From the IMG/VR virus record IMGVR_UViG_3300042448_001193: DNA of 64,000 bases; one strand, 5' to 3'. Below the pieces are notes generated by a model. It was not told the origin of the DNA, made no database searches, and worked only from the letters and a program-made list of their open reading frames with translations. Below are positions 8,667-18,259 of the stretch, one piece after another; positions within the stretch are counted from its first letter, which is position 1, and each line of letters opens with the position of its first letter. The position numbers were made by a program, and so were the translations under genes. This stretch comes from a virus (taxonomy: Duplodnaviria > Heunggongvirae > Uroviricota > Caudoviricetes).

Positions 8667-10128
8667 TTTTTATATCTATCTTGTAAAATTTGTAAGAGAA
8701 TTTCTCCTCTTCATATATTTTAACACGTTCCACGAAATGTTTCAATGTAAAATTGGTATGTTTACCTATTCTAAAATCATCAGCAATATCATATAATGTC
8801 GCAGAGTCTTTGTTATCACCTTTACGCAAGACGCGACCTAGAGATTGTAGATTACGAATCCGAGACTTTGATGGTGATGCAAAGATCGCATTGTGTAGAT
8901 TCTTTATATTTATGCCTGTAGAAAAAGTGCCATATGAGGCGATGATGATAGCATCATTTTCTTTCTCTGTGATATGACGAATCTGTTCACGAGTTTCAAC
9001 ATCTGTACTACCATGCACAAAGAATACCTTACGATCTTTTTTCTCAGCGTCAATCAGTCGCATCAATTCTTTGCCATGCTTTTCAACTAGCTGAAACAAA
9101 ATCAGTGAGTTGCCTTTCAGAGACAACGCTAGATTTTTGATGAATGCATTTCGCTGTGGATTCTTTACCAAGTAATCTATCTCAGCTTGGTAGTCCCAAT
9201 CACGACTCAGTTTGCATACGGCATCTGAGTATTTCAGGGTCAGGCATTTGATTTTCAATGATGATACTTGGTCATTGTCCATCAATTCTTTTGTTGTAAT
9301 GACTTTCAGCACAGGACCAAATAGTCCTTCTAAGACTAACTTGTGTGTCTGTGTGCCATCCAAAGTGCCAGTACAACCGATGCGATACTCTGTGTTCTCC
9401 AGATTTGACATGATTGTTGTCAGTGACTTTGCTTTGAAGTCGTGCGCTTCATCACCTAGAACAAAATCAAACTGTTCAAAGTACTCTTTAGGTAAATTGT
9501 ATATTGATTGCCATGTGGTGATAGTCAAAAACTTATCTGTGCTTTTGTCTTTGCCTGCGTACTGTCTGTGGCAGTATTGATCTGAGTCATAACCATAGGA
9601 TTTGAAATCAGAAAACATCTGTTCAGCAAGAGAAGTTCTAGGAACAATTAGCAGACCCTTCTTGCAATTTTGCTGAATGTGGCGTATAATCAGATACAGA
9701 ATGAAAGACTTACCACTTGATGTTGGAGATAGTAAAAGTGCTCTCTTATTACGTATTGCATGAACAAACGCATCAATCTGATAATCACGCTGTTCTAGGT
9801 GCTTTGGGATGCCTAGAGTTTCGATGAAGTCTTTTGCCTCTTTGATTGAGAAGTTCTCTAATCCATCTATAGACTTATCGTACACGACGGTGTACTCTCT
9901 ATCATCACAGAATTTTTGAATGTATGGAATCAATCCATAGTAAATCTTGTTACTACGGACATCCATGAGTCTGATCTTGCCGTCCCAGAGTTTGTTCTTG
10001 AATGCTGGAACAAACTGATATCCTGGAACCAAAAAAGTAAAGTGATCTGATAGCTCTTGCGCTAGGCTTCGCTCACACTTTATATGCACATACGCACCAT
10101 TCACTTTACTAATAATTAGATCACTCAT
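8659..10128 (-). CDS. uvsW: SF2 DNA helicase UvsW
   Basis: RDYQ, SPTSSGKS, IVPRTSL, GDEAH, GCTGT, SYGTFSTGINIKNL, LQSLGRVLR. Confidence 0.95.
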   Translation of the reverse strand: MSDLIISKVNGAYVHIKCERSLAQELSDHFTFLVPGYQFVPAFKNKLWDGKIRLMDVRSNKIYYGLIPYIQKFCDDREYTVVYDKSIDGLENFSIKEAKDFIETLGIPKHLEQRDYQIDAFVHAIRNKRALLLSPTSSGKSFILYLIIRHIQQNCKKGLLIVPRTSLAEQMFSDFKSYGYDSDQYCHRQYAGKDKSTDKFLTITTWQSIYNLPKEYFEQFDFVLGDEAHDFKAKSLTTIMSNLENTEYRIGCTGTLDGTQTHKLVLEGLFGPVLKVITTKELMDNDQVSSLKIKCLTLKYSDAVCKLSRDWDYQAEIDYLVKNPQRNAFIKNLALSLKGNSLILFQLVEKHGKELMRLIDAEKKDRKVFFVHGSTDVETREQIRHITEKENDAIIIASYGTFSTGINIKNLHNAIFASPSKSRIRNLQSLGRVLRKGDNKDSATLYDIADDFRIGKHTNFTLKHFVERVKIYEEEKFSYKFYKIDIKNG

Positions 10129-10562
10129 TATACACCCTGTATGAATCGCTCCCAGTCAATTAAAGATTTTAGCTGGAACGTTCTACTATGTAGTTCTTTT
10201 AAAACAGACTCACAGTAACTAATGATCTGTTCATTCATACGTCTAGCAGCAAGATACTTGTTCATATCTTCGTCTGCATCCATGTAAGTTGCAATATCAG
10301 ATTTTAATACGAATGGAAATGGTTCCCATCCATGTTTCTTCAAGTCTTCATTACTCATCTTACCAGTATAGTATTCCCACTTGATTTTCTTCATGCGGTT
10401 GTACTTGAACTCCAAGTCCTGAAGTTGGTACTTGTGGTGTGATAAGATGTTTAGGTATTTTGCGTGGAGCTTAGGTATGTCTAACATTGCTTTGCCAGGC
10501 TCAGTCCTGTCAACGTTAGCATCTTTTATCCACTCATTCATAATTTCATCAAGTTTGCTCAT
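10128..10562 (-). CDS. uvsY: Recombination mediator UvsY
   Basis: IPKLHAKYL, WEYYTGK, PF...LKSD...YMDADED, RTFQLKSLIDW; next to uvsW. Confidence 0.85.
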   Translation of the reverse strand: MSKLDEIMNEWIKDANVDRTEPGKAMLDIPKLHAKYLNILSHHKYQLQDLEFKYNRMKKIKWEYYTGKMSNEDLKKHGWEPFPFVLKSDIATYMDADEDMNKYLAARRMNEQIISYCESVLKELHSRTFQLKSLIDWERFIQGV

Positions 10563-10591
10563 AATAATCTCCTAAGTGGAGTTTACACTAA

Positions 10592-11128
10592 TTAGGTCAG
10601 TTTTTCAATGTTATAATAGGTAAATCTGATTGAAGCATCAGCAGTCAATACATTGTCTGGTGTGTCTTGTGTGGACAGCACAAAGGATGATAGTGACGTT
10701 GGGAATGCATCAAAGAAATTGAATCTGACAAGAGGTGTAAACGATGATGAATACACAGTCAATGTTGCATCCGAAAACTGTGGCTGTATTTTGTTTGCGT
10801 ACTTACTTTGCTTGGATAAATTTTTATAATCCTCAAAGTTTTCTGGGAAAGTCATGCCTCTGATCCAATTATGAATCTCTAGCCAAGAGGACATCTTTTC
10901 ATCTATAGCAAAAGTCACGTTCATGATATCGTATATTGCTTTTTCACCAGGTGAATACATCTCCACAAATGGTGTTGCAATTGGAATCTCACCCAATGAA
11001 ATGCCAGGAACTGATACCGATTGACAAAAGAACTGTACGTTAGGAACCCTACTGAACGTCAAGTGAAACTTGTTCGGATGTAGAAAATTCTGATTGTCCG
11101 GTGTGTTTGATAGTGCTATACTTGTCAT
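10592..11128 (-). CDS. gp3: Tail tube terminator / tail completion protein
   Basis: NFLHPNKF, VQFFCQSVSVPGISLG, PGEK..Y..MNVTFAIDE, F.DAFPTSLS. Confidence 0.85.
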   Translation of the reverse strand: MTSIALSNTPDNQNFLHPNKFHLTFSRVPNVQFFCQSVSVPGISLGEIPIATPFVEMYSPGEKAIYDIMNVTFAIDEKMSSWLEIHNWIRGMTFPENFEDYKNLSKQSKYANKIQPQFSDATLTVYSSSFTPLVRFNFFDAFPTSLSSFVLSTQDTPDNVLTADASIRFTYYNIEKLT

Positions 11129-11133
11129 GATAC

Positions 11134-11141
11134 TATTTATA
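11134..11141 (-). promoter_or_regulatory. T4-type late promoter (TATAAATA) for gp3
   Basis: Exact TATAAATA on the minus strand 5 nt before the gp3 start. Confidence 0.85.
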
Positions 11142-11142
11142 C

Positions 11143-11172
11143 AAATAAAAAGAGGGAACCGAAGTTCCCTCT
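11143..11172 (-). terminator. Rho-independent terminator after gp23 with a cUUCGg tetraloop
   Basis: Minus strand AGAGGGAAC-TTCG-GTTCCCTCT followed by TTTTTATTT. Confidence 0.9.
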
Positions 11173-11215
11173 GGAGGTGTCTATCTTAACGTAGACTTGT
11201 TTTCTTACATAATGC

Positions 11216-12541
11216 TTACATTATATTCGTGATCTTAAATGCGCGATAGTAGTTGTTCTTACCAGCGTTCAATGCACCTGCGCCTTGCGCTGTACCTTCA
11301 GCGAATGGGTTAGCAACTAGACCGTAACGAGTCTTGAAGCCAATTTTTGGCTGGAAGGTGTTAGTGTCAACTGCGCGAACCATTTGCAAAGGAACGTATG
11401 GGCAGTAGAACATACCTGCGTCATATGCGTTAGAACCCTTGTAACCAACAACTGCGAACTCAGATGTGGATGCTGTTGGGAAGTATGGATCGATATAGAC
11501 CTTGATACGACCGAACAATGTACCAGCAAATGTGTTGCCTGTGTCGTCAACTTGCAAGCTAACTTGGCTAGCCAAAGCGGATTGATAATCCAATAGACCT
11601 GCCATTGCGAATGCGGAAGCCACATCAGAAGAGCAGATTAGGGTGTTACCCTTACCACGGCGTGTCAACTTAGCGATTTGGTTAGCTTCGCGTTCGATTT
11701 GGAATGCCAAACCTTTTACTTTTTCAACCATCCAACGACCGTTAGAGTCAGTATCCAAGTCAAAAGTACCAGCTGTTGTTGTACCAACCAATGCGCCTGG
11801 CTTAGCAACTGTGTAAACAGTACGCAGAACTTCACGGTTGATTTCAGCAAGAATTTCGCTAGAAAGAATGTTGCTCAATTCAGTTTCAGCGTCAAGACCA
11901 TGAACTGCTTTCAAGTCTTGTGCCAATTCCATTGAGTACTCAGCCTTCAATGCGCGAGTCTTAGCAGTAACGGTAACTTTCTCGATAGAGAAGCCCATTT
12001 CAACTGGTGTCAGACCTTCAGCAGTAGCTGTAGGCATTGCAGTTGCTGTGTTAGCGTTGAAAATCTGGAATGGACCGTCAGAAGTTGTGGACTTCATAGA
12101 CAATGTTTGGTGTGCGCCTTCACCGGAGAAGCTAGTGTTAGCTTCGTTGTAGAAAGCCTCAGTGCCAGTCGATGGAACACGATCAGTACCATACATAGAA
12201 CGCATTGCGAAAATCATGCCGGTAGGTCCAGTCATTGGCTGAACACCGCAGATATCGTAAGCGATCAAGTTAGGTAGCGAACGGCGAACCAAGCTGATCA
12301 AGATTGGATCGAAACCTGCTACTGGACCAGTAGTAGTTGCACCACCACCAAAACCACCTGTACCGGCAGAGTTAGTTGGAGCTGTTTCGTTTAGCATACC
12401 AGCGTCTTTTTGCATCGCTTGGATTTGGTTCTCAAGAACCACCGCAGTAACGGCGCGCTTGTATGGATCGGTGATCTTTGGAAGATCAGCGTGTTCTAGG
12501 ACCGGAGCCCATTTTTGTTGTAGTTGTTCGGAAAGAAACAT
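11216..12541 (-). CDS. gp23: Major capsid protein
   Basis: KWAPVL, FDPILISLVRR, GVQPMTGPTG, EYSMELAQDLKAVHGLDAE, FQPKIGFKTRYG; probable maturation site LNE at residue 52. Confidence 0.98.
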   Translation of the reverse strand: MFLSEQLQQKWAPVLEHADLPKITDPYKRAVTAVVLENQIQAMQKDAGMLNETAPTNSAGTGGFGGGATTTGPVAGFDPILISLVRRSLPNLIAYDICGVQPMTGPTGMIFAMRSMYGTDRVPSTGTEAFYNEANTSFSGEGAHQTLSMKSTTSDGPFQIFNANTATAMPTATAEGLTPVEMGFSIEKVTVTAKTRALKAEYSMELAQDLKAVHGLDAETELSNILSSEILAEINREVLRTVYTVAKPGALVGTTTAGTFDLDTDSNGRWMVEKVKGLAFQIEREANQIAKLTRRGKGNTLICSSDVASAFAMAGLLDYQSALASQVSLQVDDTGNTFAGTLFGRIKVYIDPYFPTASTSEFAVVGYKGSNAYDAGMFYCPYVPLQMVRAVDTNTFQPKIGFKTRYGLVANPFAEGTAQGAGALNAGKNNYYRAFKITNIM

Positions 12542-12563
12542 CTAATATCTCCTTGTTATATAA

Positions 12564-13556
12564 TTAGATTCGGGTTGTTTTTGAAATTGACTGAACGATA
12601 GAATTCATGAATGCATCAGAAACTACTTTCTTTTCTGCAACATCTTCTACTTGTTCGTGAAGTGCGGTGGCATCAGCCTTCTTTACACCGGAAGGGAAAT
12701 AGTTTTCACGGATAGTATCAAGTTTAGCTCTGTACTCTTCCTCTGTGGAATAGTCTACACTCTCTGCAAGTGCTTTGATCTTCTCAACTTGTGTCGCGGT
12801 CAAACCTTCACATACTTCGCGGGTCACTTCAGCTTTGTGAGCATCAAAGAGTGCATTACGGTACTCAATAGAACGCTCAACTTCTTCGTCCAACTTGCCG
12901 CTTAGTTCTTCAACTTTAGCTGCTAGTTCGTCAACGAGATCAACTTTTTCAGCAGGAACATCAATGTAGTGTTCTGCAAATAGATTCTTCAAACCATTGA
13001 TAAAGTCTTCGGCCAATTCGGAGCGAATACCATTGTCAATAGCGATTTGATTTTCTTCCATCCATTGCTCAACAACATATGAAAGGTAATCGTTTACTTT
13101 GTCTGTTAGTTCTTCTTTGACAGATTCAACAGCTTCTTCCAACATGGAAGCATAGTGTGTTTCGATCTGTTCTTCAATCTGAGCAACGCGGTCTAGGACG
13201 CGAGCTTCAAAGATTGTGGAAACTTTTGTTCTGAATTCTTCGGAGATGGTCGAGTCGTCAGCAAAGATTGCATTGATATCTTCCGATACAAAGCTGGTTT
13301 GCTCTTCTTCAACTTCTTCTTTCTTCAAAGAATCTACAACTTTACTGGATGCATCTGATCCTTTAGTTGTTGGTGCAGTTGCACTCTTAGATGTGAAACT
13401 CATCTTGTGTGAGTTGTCATCTGGTTTAGCGTTTTCTGGTGTTGGACCGCCGGCGTCAGTAGTCTCGCCTTCCAGCTTTTGTGGAGGCATTGCATTCTTT
13501 CCCTTGCCTGAAGCAAGGATTTCAGCAGCAGCCTCAAAAAGTTTATTAGTAGCCAT
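12564..13556 (-). CDS. gp22: Prohead core scaffold protein
   Basis: Acidic helical protein with F..KVSTIFEA, YVVEQWMEEN.IAI..GIRSE, LKNLF.EHYIDVP, KLDTIRENYF. Confidence 0.92.
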   Translation of the reverse strand: MATNKLFEAAAEILASGKGKNAMPPQKLEGETTDAGGPTPENAKPDDNSHKMSFTSKSATAPTTKGSDASSKVVDSLKKEEVEEEQTSFVSEDINAIFADDSTISEEFRTKVSTIFEARVLDRVAQIEEQIETHYASMLEEAVESVKEELTDKVNDYLSYVVEQWMEENQIAIDNGIRSELAEDFINGLKNLFAEHYIDVPAEKVDLVDELAAKVEELSGKLDEEVERSIEYRNALFDAHKAEVTREVCEGLTATQVEKIKALAESVDYSTEEEYRAKLDTIRENYFPSGVKKADATALHEQVEDVAEKKVVSDAFMNSIVQSISKTTRI

Positions 13557-13578
13557 TTAGGAATCTCCTTTGTTTGTT

Positions 13579-13586
13579 TATTTATA
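13579..13586 (-). promoter_or_regulatory. Late promoter for gp22-gp23
   Basis: Exact TATAAATA upstream of the GGAG RBS of gp22. Confidence 0.85.
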
Positions 13587-13590
13587 TAAT

Positions 13591-14244
13591 TTACAGTTTC
13601 GTTAGAAAATTTTCAAAGAGGCGAGCAGCCACTTTTTCAATGTCTTTTCTTGAGGCATTTCGAATTGCTTGTTTCGTTCTATCGATATCCATTTCAACGA
13701 AACGTCCTTCGACAAACAACCACTCTTTGTTTTCCATAATACCATCGACGAATGCGCCAGGTGCAGATGGATCAGCAACAACATCAGCAGCAGTAGCTAG
13801 CCTGAAGTCATCGGAAACAATATTGATACCGTCACGTCCTTGAACAAGTGAACCCATACCCCTTGAAGATACACCTAGACTTACGCCACAATCAATAAAG
13901 TTCTTCACTATATTGCCATATGGTGTATCTAAAACTCTAGCTTTGCCGATAAATCTATTCTGATCATCTTCTGTAAGTGATTCGATCTTGATACACACGC
14001 GCTCAAGGTTGATTGATGGTGTATCAGGATGTCCAAGTTCACCCAATGCGCGGTTTGTTGTGATGTACTCTTGTGTGTAACGTCCAACTTCTTCACGCAA
14101 TGTGCCGATCTTATACATTCTGCGATTACGGTTAGCTTGTTCACCAACCAGAAATACGCCTTGAATGTATAGATTCTTTTTGCCGTCTTCAGTACTTTCT
14201 GTTAAGTACTTTATGTCTTCAATTGTTTCTGTAATTAGTTTCAT
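13591..14244 (-). CDS. gp21: Prohead protease
   Basis: MKLITE, LYIQGVF, NRNRRMY, ALGELGHP, GVSSRGMGSL, DVVADPSAPGAFV. Confidence 0.95.
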   Translation of the reverse strand: MKLITETIEDIKYLTESTEDGKKNLYIQGVFLVGEQANRNRRMYKIGTLREEVGRYTQEYITTNRALGELGHPDTPSINLERVCIKIESLTEDDQNRFIGKARVLDTPYGNIVKNFIDCGVSLGVSSRGMGSLVQGRDGINIVSDDFRLATAADVVADPSAPGAFVDGIMENKEWLFVEGRFVEMDIDRTKQAIRNASRKDIEKVAARLFENFLTKL

Positions 14245-14603
14245 AGGTCTCTGCTATATGTTGCTGTTTTGCTCATGACCAAAAGTAGTGTGCCGACTGT
14301 GCCATCGTTTGTCACAAAAACGTTTGATGTTGCACCGTTAGCAATTGCTCCAATACCCATATCTTCTAAGTTGATCGTGTGGTTCTTATTCAACTCCAGA
14401 ACAAGTGTTCCTGTTGCATCATTACCACGATAAACTTTCCATGTGCCATCACTGCTTGATGAAACGTGTGCGATTGCTGCTGCTGATACGGTTTCAAGCT
14501 GTGTGTTAGATGACAATTGTGCCAACGTAACCAACGTGTTTGTATTTCCCGTTACACGGATCGTAGACTTCGATCTTAGTGTGTTAGTAATTTCTTGTGG
14601 CAT
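14241..14603 (-). CDS. Hypothetical beta-rich head-region protein
   Basis: 120-aa ORF coupled between the basic core protein gene and gp21. Confidence 0.6.
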   Translation of the reverse strand: MPQEITNTLRSKSTIRVTGNTNTLVTLAQLSSNTQLETVSAAAIAHVSSSSDGTWKVYRGNDATGTLVLELNKNHTINLEDMGIGAIANGATSNVFVTNDGTVGTLLLVMSKTATYSRDL

Positions 14604-15035
14604 TTATCGTATTCCCATTGATTTGCGGCGGCGCATTGACATTTTTCTTTTCAGCAATGTTCTATTCATTCTAGCGCGACCTTTTGTTTTCCAGTATCTC
14701 TTTAGCTTTCTAGCTTTTTGAATTCTTGCTGTTGCTGGTATTCTCTTAACAGTGTTGCCTGATATTCTAAAGCCTTTGATTGCAGAACGTCTAACGTTTC
14801 GTTGTACAACGATTCTTCCTTTAGCGTTTCTACGAATTCTTCTGCGAATCTTTTGGATTCTGCCCTGCTTTACAATATTAGCTTCCAATAAATCTTCAGC
14901 AACATCATATATATCTACCGCAATTGCCCGCTTTTCTTCCTCAAGCCTTTTTGCAACAACAGAGTTCATGTGAGCAAAGATAACATCTCTTGCTTCACTA
15001 AGTTTATTCTGTGATATGAGTTCTATGAAGTTCAT
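14604..15035 (-). CDS. Prohead core/internal protein with gp67-like N-terminus and very basic C-terminus (gp68 position)
   Basis: N-terminal helix aligns without gaps to 15736..15942; C-terminal about 90 aa is dominated by R/K. Confidence 0.6.
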   Translation of the reverse strand: MNFIELISQNKLSEARDVIFAHMNSVVAKRLEEEKRAIAVDIYDVAEDLLEANIVKQGRIQKIRRRIRRNAKGRIVVQRNVRRSAIKGFRISGNTVKRIPATARIQKARKLKRYWKTKGRARMNRTLLKRKMSMRRRKSMGIR

Positions 15036-15736
15036 TGTACTTTACTAAGTGCAAATTCTTTAGCTTGCTCAAATGTTTCTGGTGATGTATGAATCAAATC
15101 CACAAACTTTTGTTGATTCTCTTCCGTTAAACTATGATACACTGATTGAAATGCTTCTAGCGTTTGTTCATCAAGCTCAACAATATCACCAGTATCAAGT
15201 TCGATTTGCTCAGATTGAATCGGACCGGCATCATCTTGTGTGAATGGAATCGCAAAATCTTTACCTAATCTTTCGTTATGGTAAACAGCAACTTTCATGC
15301 CACCAGGAATCAATCTGATTGCTTTCCTTTTCAATATCAGGATGAAAGGAGGTTCTTTTGCCAAACTTTCGTCCAGCACAATCTCTTCTTTGACTTCTTT
15401 ATCAAATTCAATACGATGTGCTCGGACTTTTTTACCTGAAGCTGACAGTTTGAAATCACTGGTGTCAACAACAGATTCCTTTACAGACTTACGTACTTGA
15501 CGATGAATTTGTGGATTGTTTGTGATTAGATCAACCATCTTAACAAAAATATTTTGTATGATTGATCTATCAGCTTGGGTAAAAGTTGGTCGATCTTCTT
15601 CCATCTTTGCAAGAATCTGGTGCATACGTTGAATCTGTGCTTTGTTGCCTAGACCGGCACGAACCAAAGCATCGAACTTTGAAAAGTCCTGCTTTTCTTC
15701 CTCAACTACACTCTTGAATTCTTGCAACGACTTCAT
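15032..15736 (-). CDS. Probable internal head/core protein
   Basis: Between portal and protease; several (L/V)xE sites (VKES, VKEE, LDES) typical of gp21-processed proteins. Confidence 0.45.
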   Translation of the reverse strand: MKSLQEFKSVVEEEKQDFSKFDALVRAGLGNKAQIQRMHQILAKMEEDRPTFTQADRSIIQNIFVKMVDLITNNPQIHRQVRKSVKESVVDTSDFKLSASGKKVRAHRIEFDKEVKEEIVLDESLAKEPPFILILKRKAIRLIPGGMKVAVYHNERLGKDFAIPFTQDDAGPIQSEQIELDTGDIVELDEQTLEAFQSVYHSLTEENQQKFVDLIHTSPETFEQAKEFALSKVQ

Positions 15737-15942
15737 TATTCGCCTTGTGTTTCTTCAGCTTCAATTTGTTCTTCAGCTTCAGGTTGATCTTCGGTTCTGC
15801 CGTTAAACAATGTTGAAGCAACGTCTTGCTTTTTAGCTTCTAGTGCATCAAATGCTTTTGCAGATAGTAACTCTTCTAGAGCACTCTTAGCTTCTGAATT
15901 TTGACCTGCACCTAACATGTCAATTACTTGTCTTGCATCCAT
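15736..15942 (-). CDS. gp67: Prohead core protein, gp67-like
   Basis: 68 aa, directly after the portal gene, helical N-terminus and acidic tail. Confidence 0.6.
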   Translation of the reverse strand: MDARQVIDMLGAGQNSEAKSALEELLSAKAFDALEAKKQDVASTLFNGRTEDQPEAEEQIEAEETQGE

Positions 15943-15952
15943 AATTATCTCC

Positions 15953-17632
15953 TTATTTTCTATTTAGCACTCTACTGAATCTTGATACTACCGCATCATG
16001 TTCTGGTGTATCTGACTCGTTTGAACCACGATCTGATATATTGTCTTCGGGTGGAAAGTCTGCTGGATCCACTTGCTCTTGTTCCTGATCTTGTCCTTGA
16101 TCAGGTGGAAGTGGTCTTCCATCTGGTCCAAGTGGAGTTGGCTCAGGCTCTTTAGAGATTTGTTTATCCATCATTTTGATATCATCGTCAGTCAACTGCA
16201 AGATATTTTTCTTTACCCACTCTTGTGAGAAATATCTTCCTACATATGGATCAACCATACCCAACATTTGCAATCTATTTTGCCACAATTCAGCATCACG
16301 CAACTCAGTAAAGTTGTTGTCTTTCTTGTAGTCATAATAAATCTTATCCCTAAACTCGTCCCACTCTTCTGAAGTACAGATTCCTTTTAGAACCAACTGT
16401 GTCTTCAGTGCGTGATCGAAAATTTGTGAGAACTTGTTACGAATCTTTGTGATGAACTTGTTGAATTTTAATTCATCTCTGGTGACTTCAGTTGATCTAC
16501 CAAGACCAACCATACCACCGCTTTGTTGCTCCATACGTGAGTATGGTACGTTCATCGACTGTAGTAGTTTCTTTTGGAAATACTGTACGTCTTCCATCTG
16601 ACCTAAGTTTTGACCAGCAGGAAGTGTTGTGATTTCTGTACCTTTACCGCCTTCGCGTCTAGGCAACCAGAAGTCTTCAAGCATAGACATGTGCTTACGA
16701 TCATCGCGCAACTCACCTGTGTTTGCGTCATAGACCATTTTGTTCTTATACTTGACCATCACATCGCGCAGATACTGTTCAGCTTTACCTTTTGGCAAAT
16801 TACCAACGTCAATGTAGAAAATTCTACGTTCTGGTGCACGACTAATTCTGTAGATAACCACAGCATCTTCAATCATGCGCAACTGGTTCAGTGGCTTGAT
16901 TGCTTTGTGTAGGTGCGAAATAACAAATGTGTTCTTTGCATCCATCATGCCTGAGTTGACGTTGATGATGGATTCTGGTGCAATTCTCAGTCCAGCATTA
17001 GCTGCTGCTGTGAATGCTTGTGTGGTTGTACCACGATCATTGTAAAGATAGTATTCAGCAACAGACTTGATAATGTCTGCGCCAGTTTTCAGATCGCGCC
17101 CCTTCTGGACTTCACGAACTTTTCTAATTTTTCGTGGATCAACGTATCTCAGTTCCTGAATACCCTCTTTGGGGTTTTGTTCATTGACGATGACATGATA
17201 GTAAATTCTACCATCGATGTACCATCTGCGGAAAATATCGTCAGCAAGATTGGAAAAGTTCAACATCTTAACGATTGTTTCAAACTCTTCTGTGATTTTC
17301 TTCTTAATGGACTCTGGTTGTTTCAAATCATCTAGTATGATATCTACAACTCTACCATCTTTATCGTGTGTAATGGCTTCATCAACAATCTCAGTGATTG
17401 CTTGGTCACACTCAGGATGATTGGACATTTCACGATATCTTGTGATCAACTCTAGTTCATTACGAACTGAGCCTTCCAAGTCTACGTATGTGCCGTAGTG
17501 TGCGTTTTGTGTTATCGTTACTGCGCCATCATCCAACGCTTCTGTTGGAAGCGCAAACGAGGACTGCTTAGGGTCCTCTTTTTTGATGATATCTTTATCA
17601 CCTAGCGTGAAACCGAATAATTTTATTGCCAT
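15953..17632 (-). CDS. gp20: Portal protein
   Basis: LFGF, WYIDGR, LRYVDPRKIRKVRE, IYRISRAPERRIFYIDVGNLPK.KAEQY, EDFWLPRREGGKGTEITTLP. Confidence 0.98.
   Translation of the reverse strand: MAIKLFGFTLGDKDIIKKEDPKQSSFALPTEALDDGAVTITQNAHYGTYVDLEGSVRNELELITRYREMSNHPECDQAITEIVDEAITHDKDGRVVDIILDDLKQPESIKKKITEEFETIVKMLNFSNLADDIFRRWYIDGRIYYHVIVNEQNPKEGIQELRYVDPRKIRKVREVQKGRDLKTGADIIKSVAEYYLYNDRGTTTQAFTAAANAGLRIAPESIINVNSGMMDAKNTFVISHLHKAIKPLNQLRMIEDAVVIYRISRAPERRIFYIDVGNLPKGKAEQYLRDVMVKYKNKMVYDANTGELRDDRKHMSMLEDFWLPRREGGKGTEITTLPAGQNLGQMEDVQYFQKKLLQSMNVPYSRMEQQSGGMVGLGRSTEVTRDELKFNKFITKIRNKFSQIFDHALKTQLVLKGICTSEEWDEFRDKIYYDYKKDNNFTELRDAELWQNRLQMLGMVDPYVGRYFSQEWVKKNILQLTDDDIKMMDKQISKEPEPTPLGPDGRPLPPDQGQDQEQEQVDPADFPPEDNISDRGSNESDTPEHDAVVSRFSRVLNRK
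15961..15968 (-). promoter_or_regulatory. Late promoter variant (GCTAAATA) for prohead core genes
   Basis: CTAAATA inside the last codons of gp20, upstream of a GGAG RBS. Confidence 0.5.
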
Positions 17633-17653
17633 CCGTACTTTCTTTCCATTATG

Positions 17654-17682
17654 AAAAGGAGGGGAGAATTTCTCCCCGTCCT
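17654..17682 (-). terminator. Rho-independent terminator after gp19
   Basis: GGGGAGA/TCTCCCC stem with AGGA/TCCT extension followed by TTTT on the minus strand. Confidence 0.75.
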
Positions 17683-17683
17683 A

Positions 17684-18229
17684 TTAAGCCACCAAATCTT
17701 CGGCGGATTCCCACCATTGATACGACAAGTTTACAGTAAACTCTTCAATTGTGTCGTTGGAACCCCAATCAACATCAATTGGTGCAACATCAGTTGGGAA
17801 TAGACCAATGAATTTGTATTTCTTCAGGATGTCACCAGTTTTACCATACTGTCTAACTTCACCATCAACGGTGTAGCTAGATGGTGTAGTAGCTGCTGGA
17901 TTACGCAAGTTCAATGAGTGGCTGTTCATGCCATTCATCCAACGTTCGAACGCATTACGAATGATGAAATCTTCATCGTTAATAACGGTAATTGTCCAGT
18001 CTGCGAAAGTTCTGTTTCCTGCAAATTTAAGCTCACGTCCAAAGTACTGTACAGGTACTGTGTTCACTGTGGAACCTGGTAGCTGTGCGGTTTTGCACAT
18101 GAAGCTCAATTTTGTCAGTGCTGTTCCTGGCAAAGCAAAAGCTGGAAATGGTAGTGTCACCTCAAATAAATTTGGGCGGGCACCATCTCCCTGCATTTGA
18201 GAGCGGAATTCGTTAATATTGAATGCCAT
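17684..18229 (-). CDS. gp19: Tail tube protein
   Basis: GARPNLFEV, FMCKTAQLPGS, YFGRELKFAGNRTFADWTITVINDEDF, DWGSNDTIEEF.V...YQWW. Confidence 0.95.
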   Translation of the reverse strand: MAFNINEFRSQMQGDGARPNLFEVTLPFPAFALPGTALTKLSFMCKTAQLPGSTVNTVPVQYFGRELKFAGNRTFADWTITVINDEDFIIRNAFERWMNGMNSHSLNLRNPAATTPSSYTVDGEVRQYGKTGDILKKYKFIGLFPTDVAPIDVDWGSNDTIEEFTVNLSYQWWESAEDLVA

Positions 18230-18251
18230 TTAGTATTCTCCTATTCTCTCT

Positions 18252-18259
18252 TATTTATT
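18252..18259 (-). promoter_or_regulatory. Late promoter variant (AATAAATA) for gp19
   Basis: ATAAATA overlapping the gp18 stop codon. Confidence 0.65.

Noticed and set aside
8590-8796. Plus-strand 68-aa ORF as the product of the antisense promoter
   Set aside because: About 350 nt from the promoter, no clear RBS, antisense to two real genes, and composition typical of a shadow ORF.
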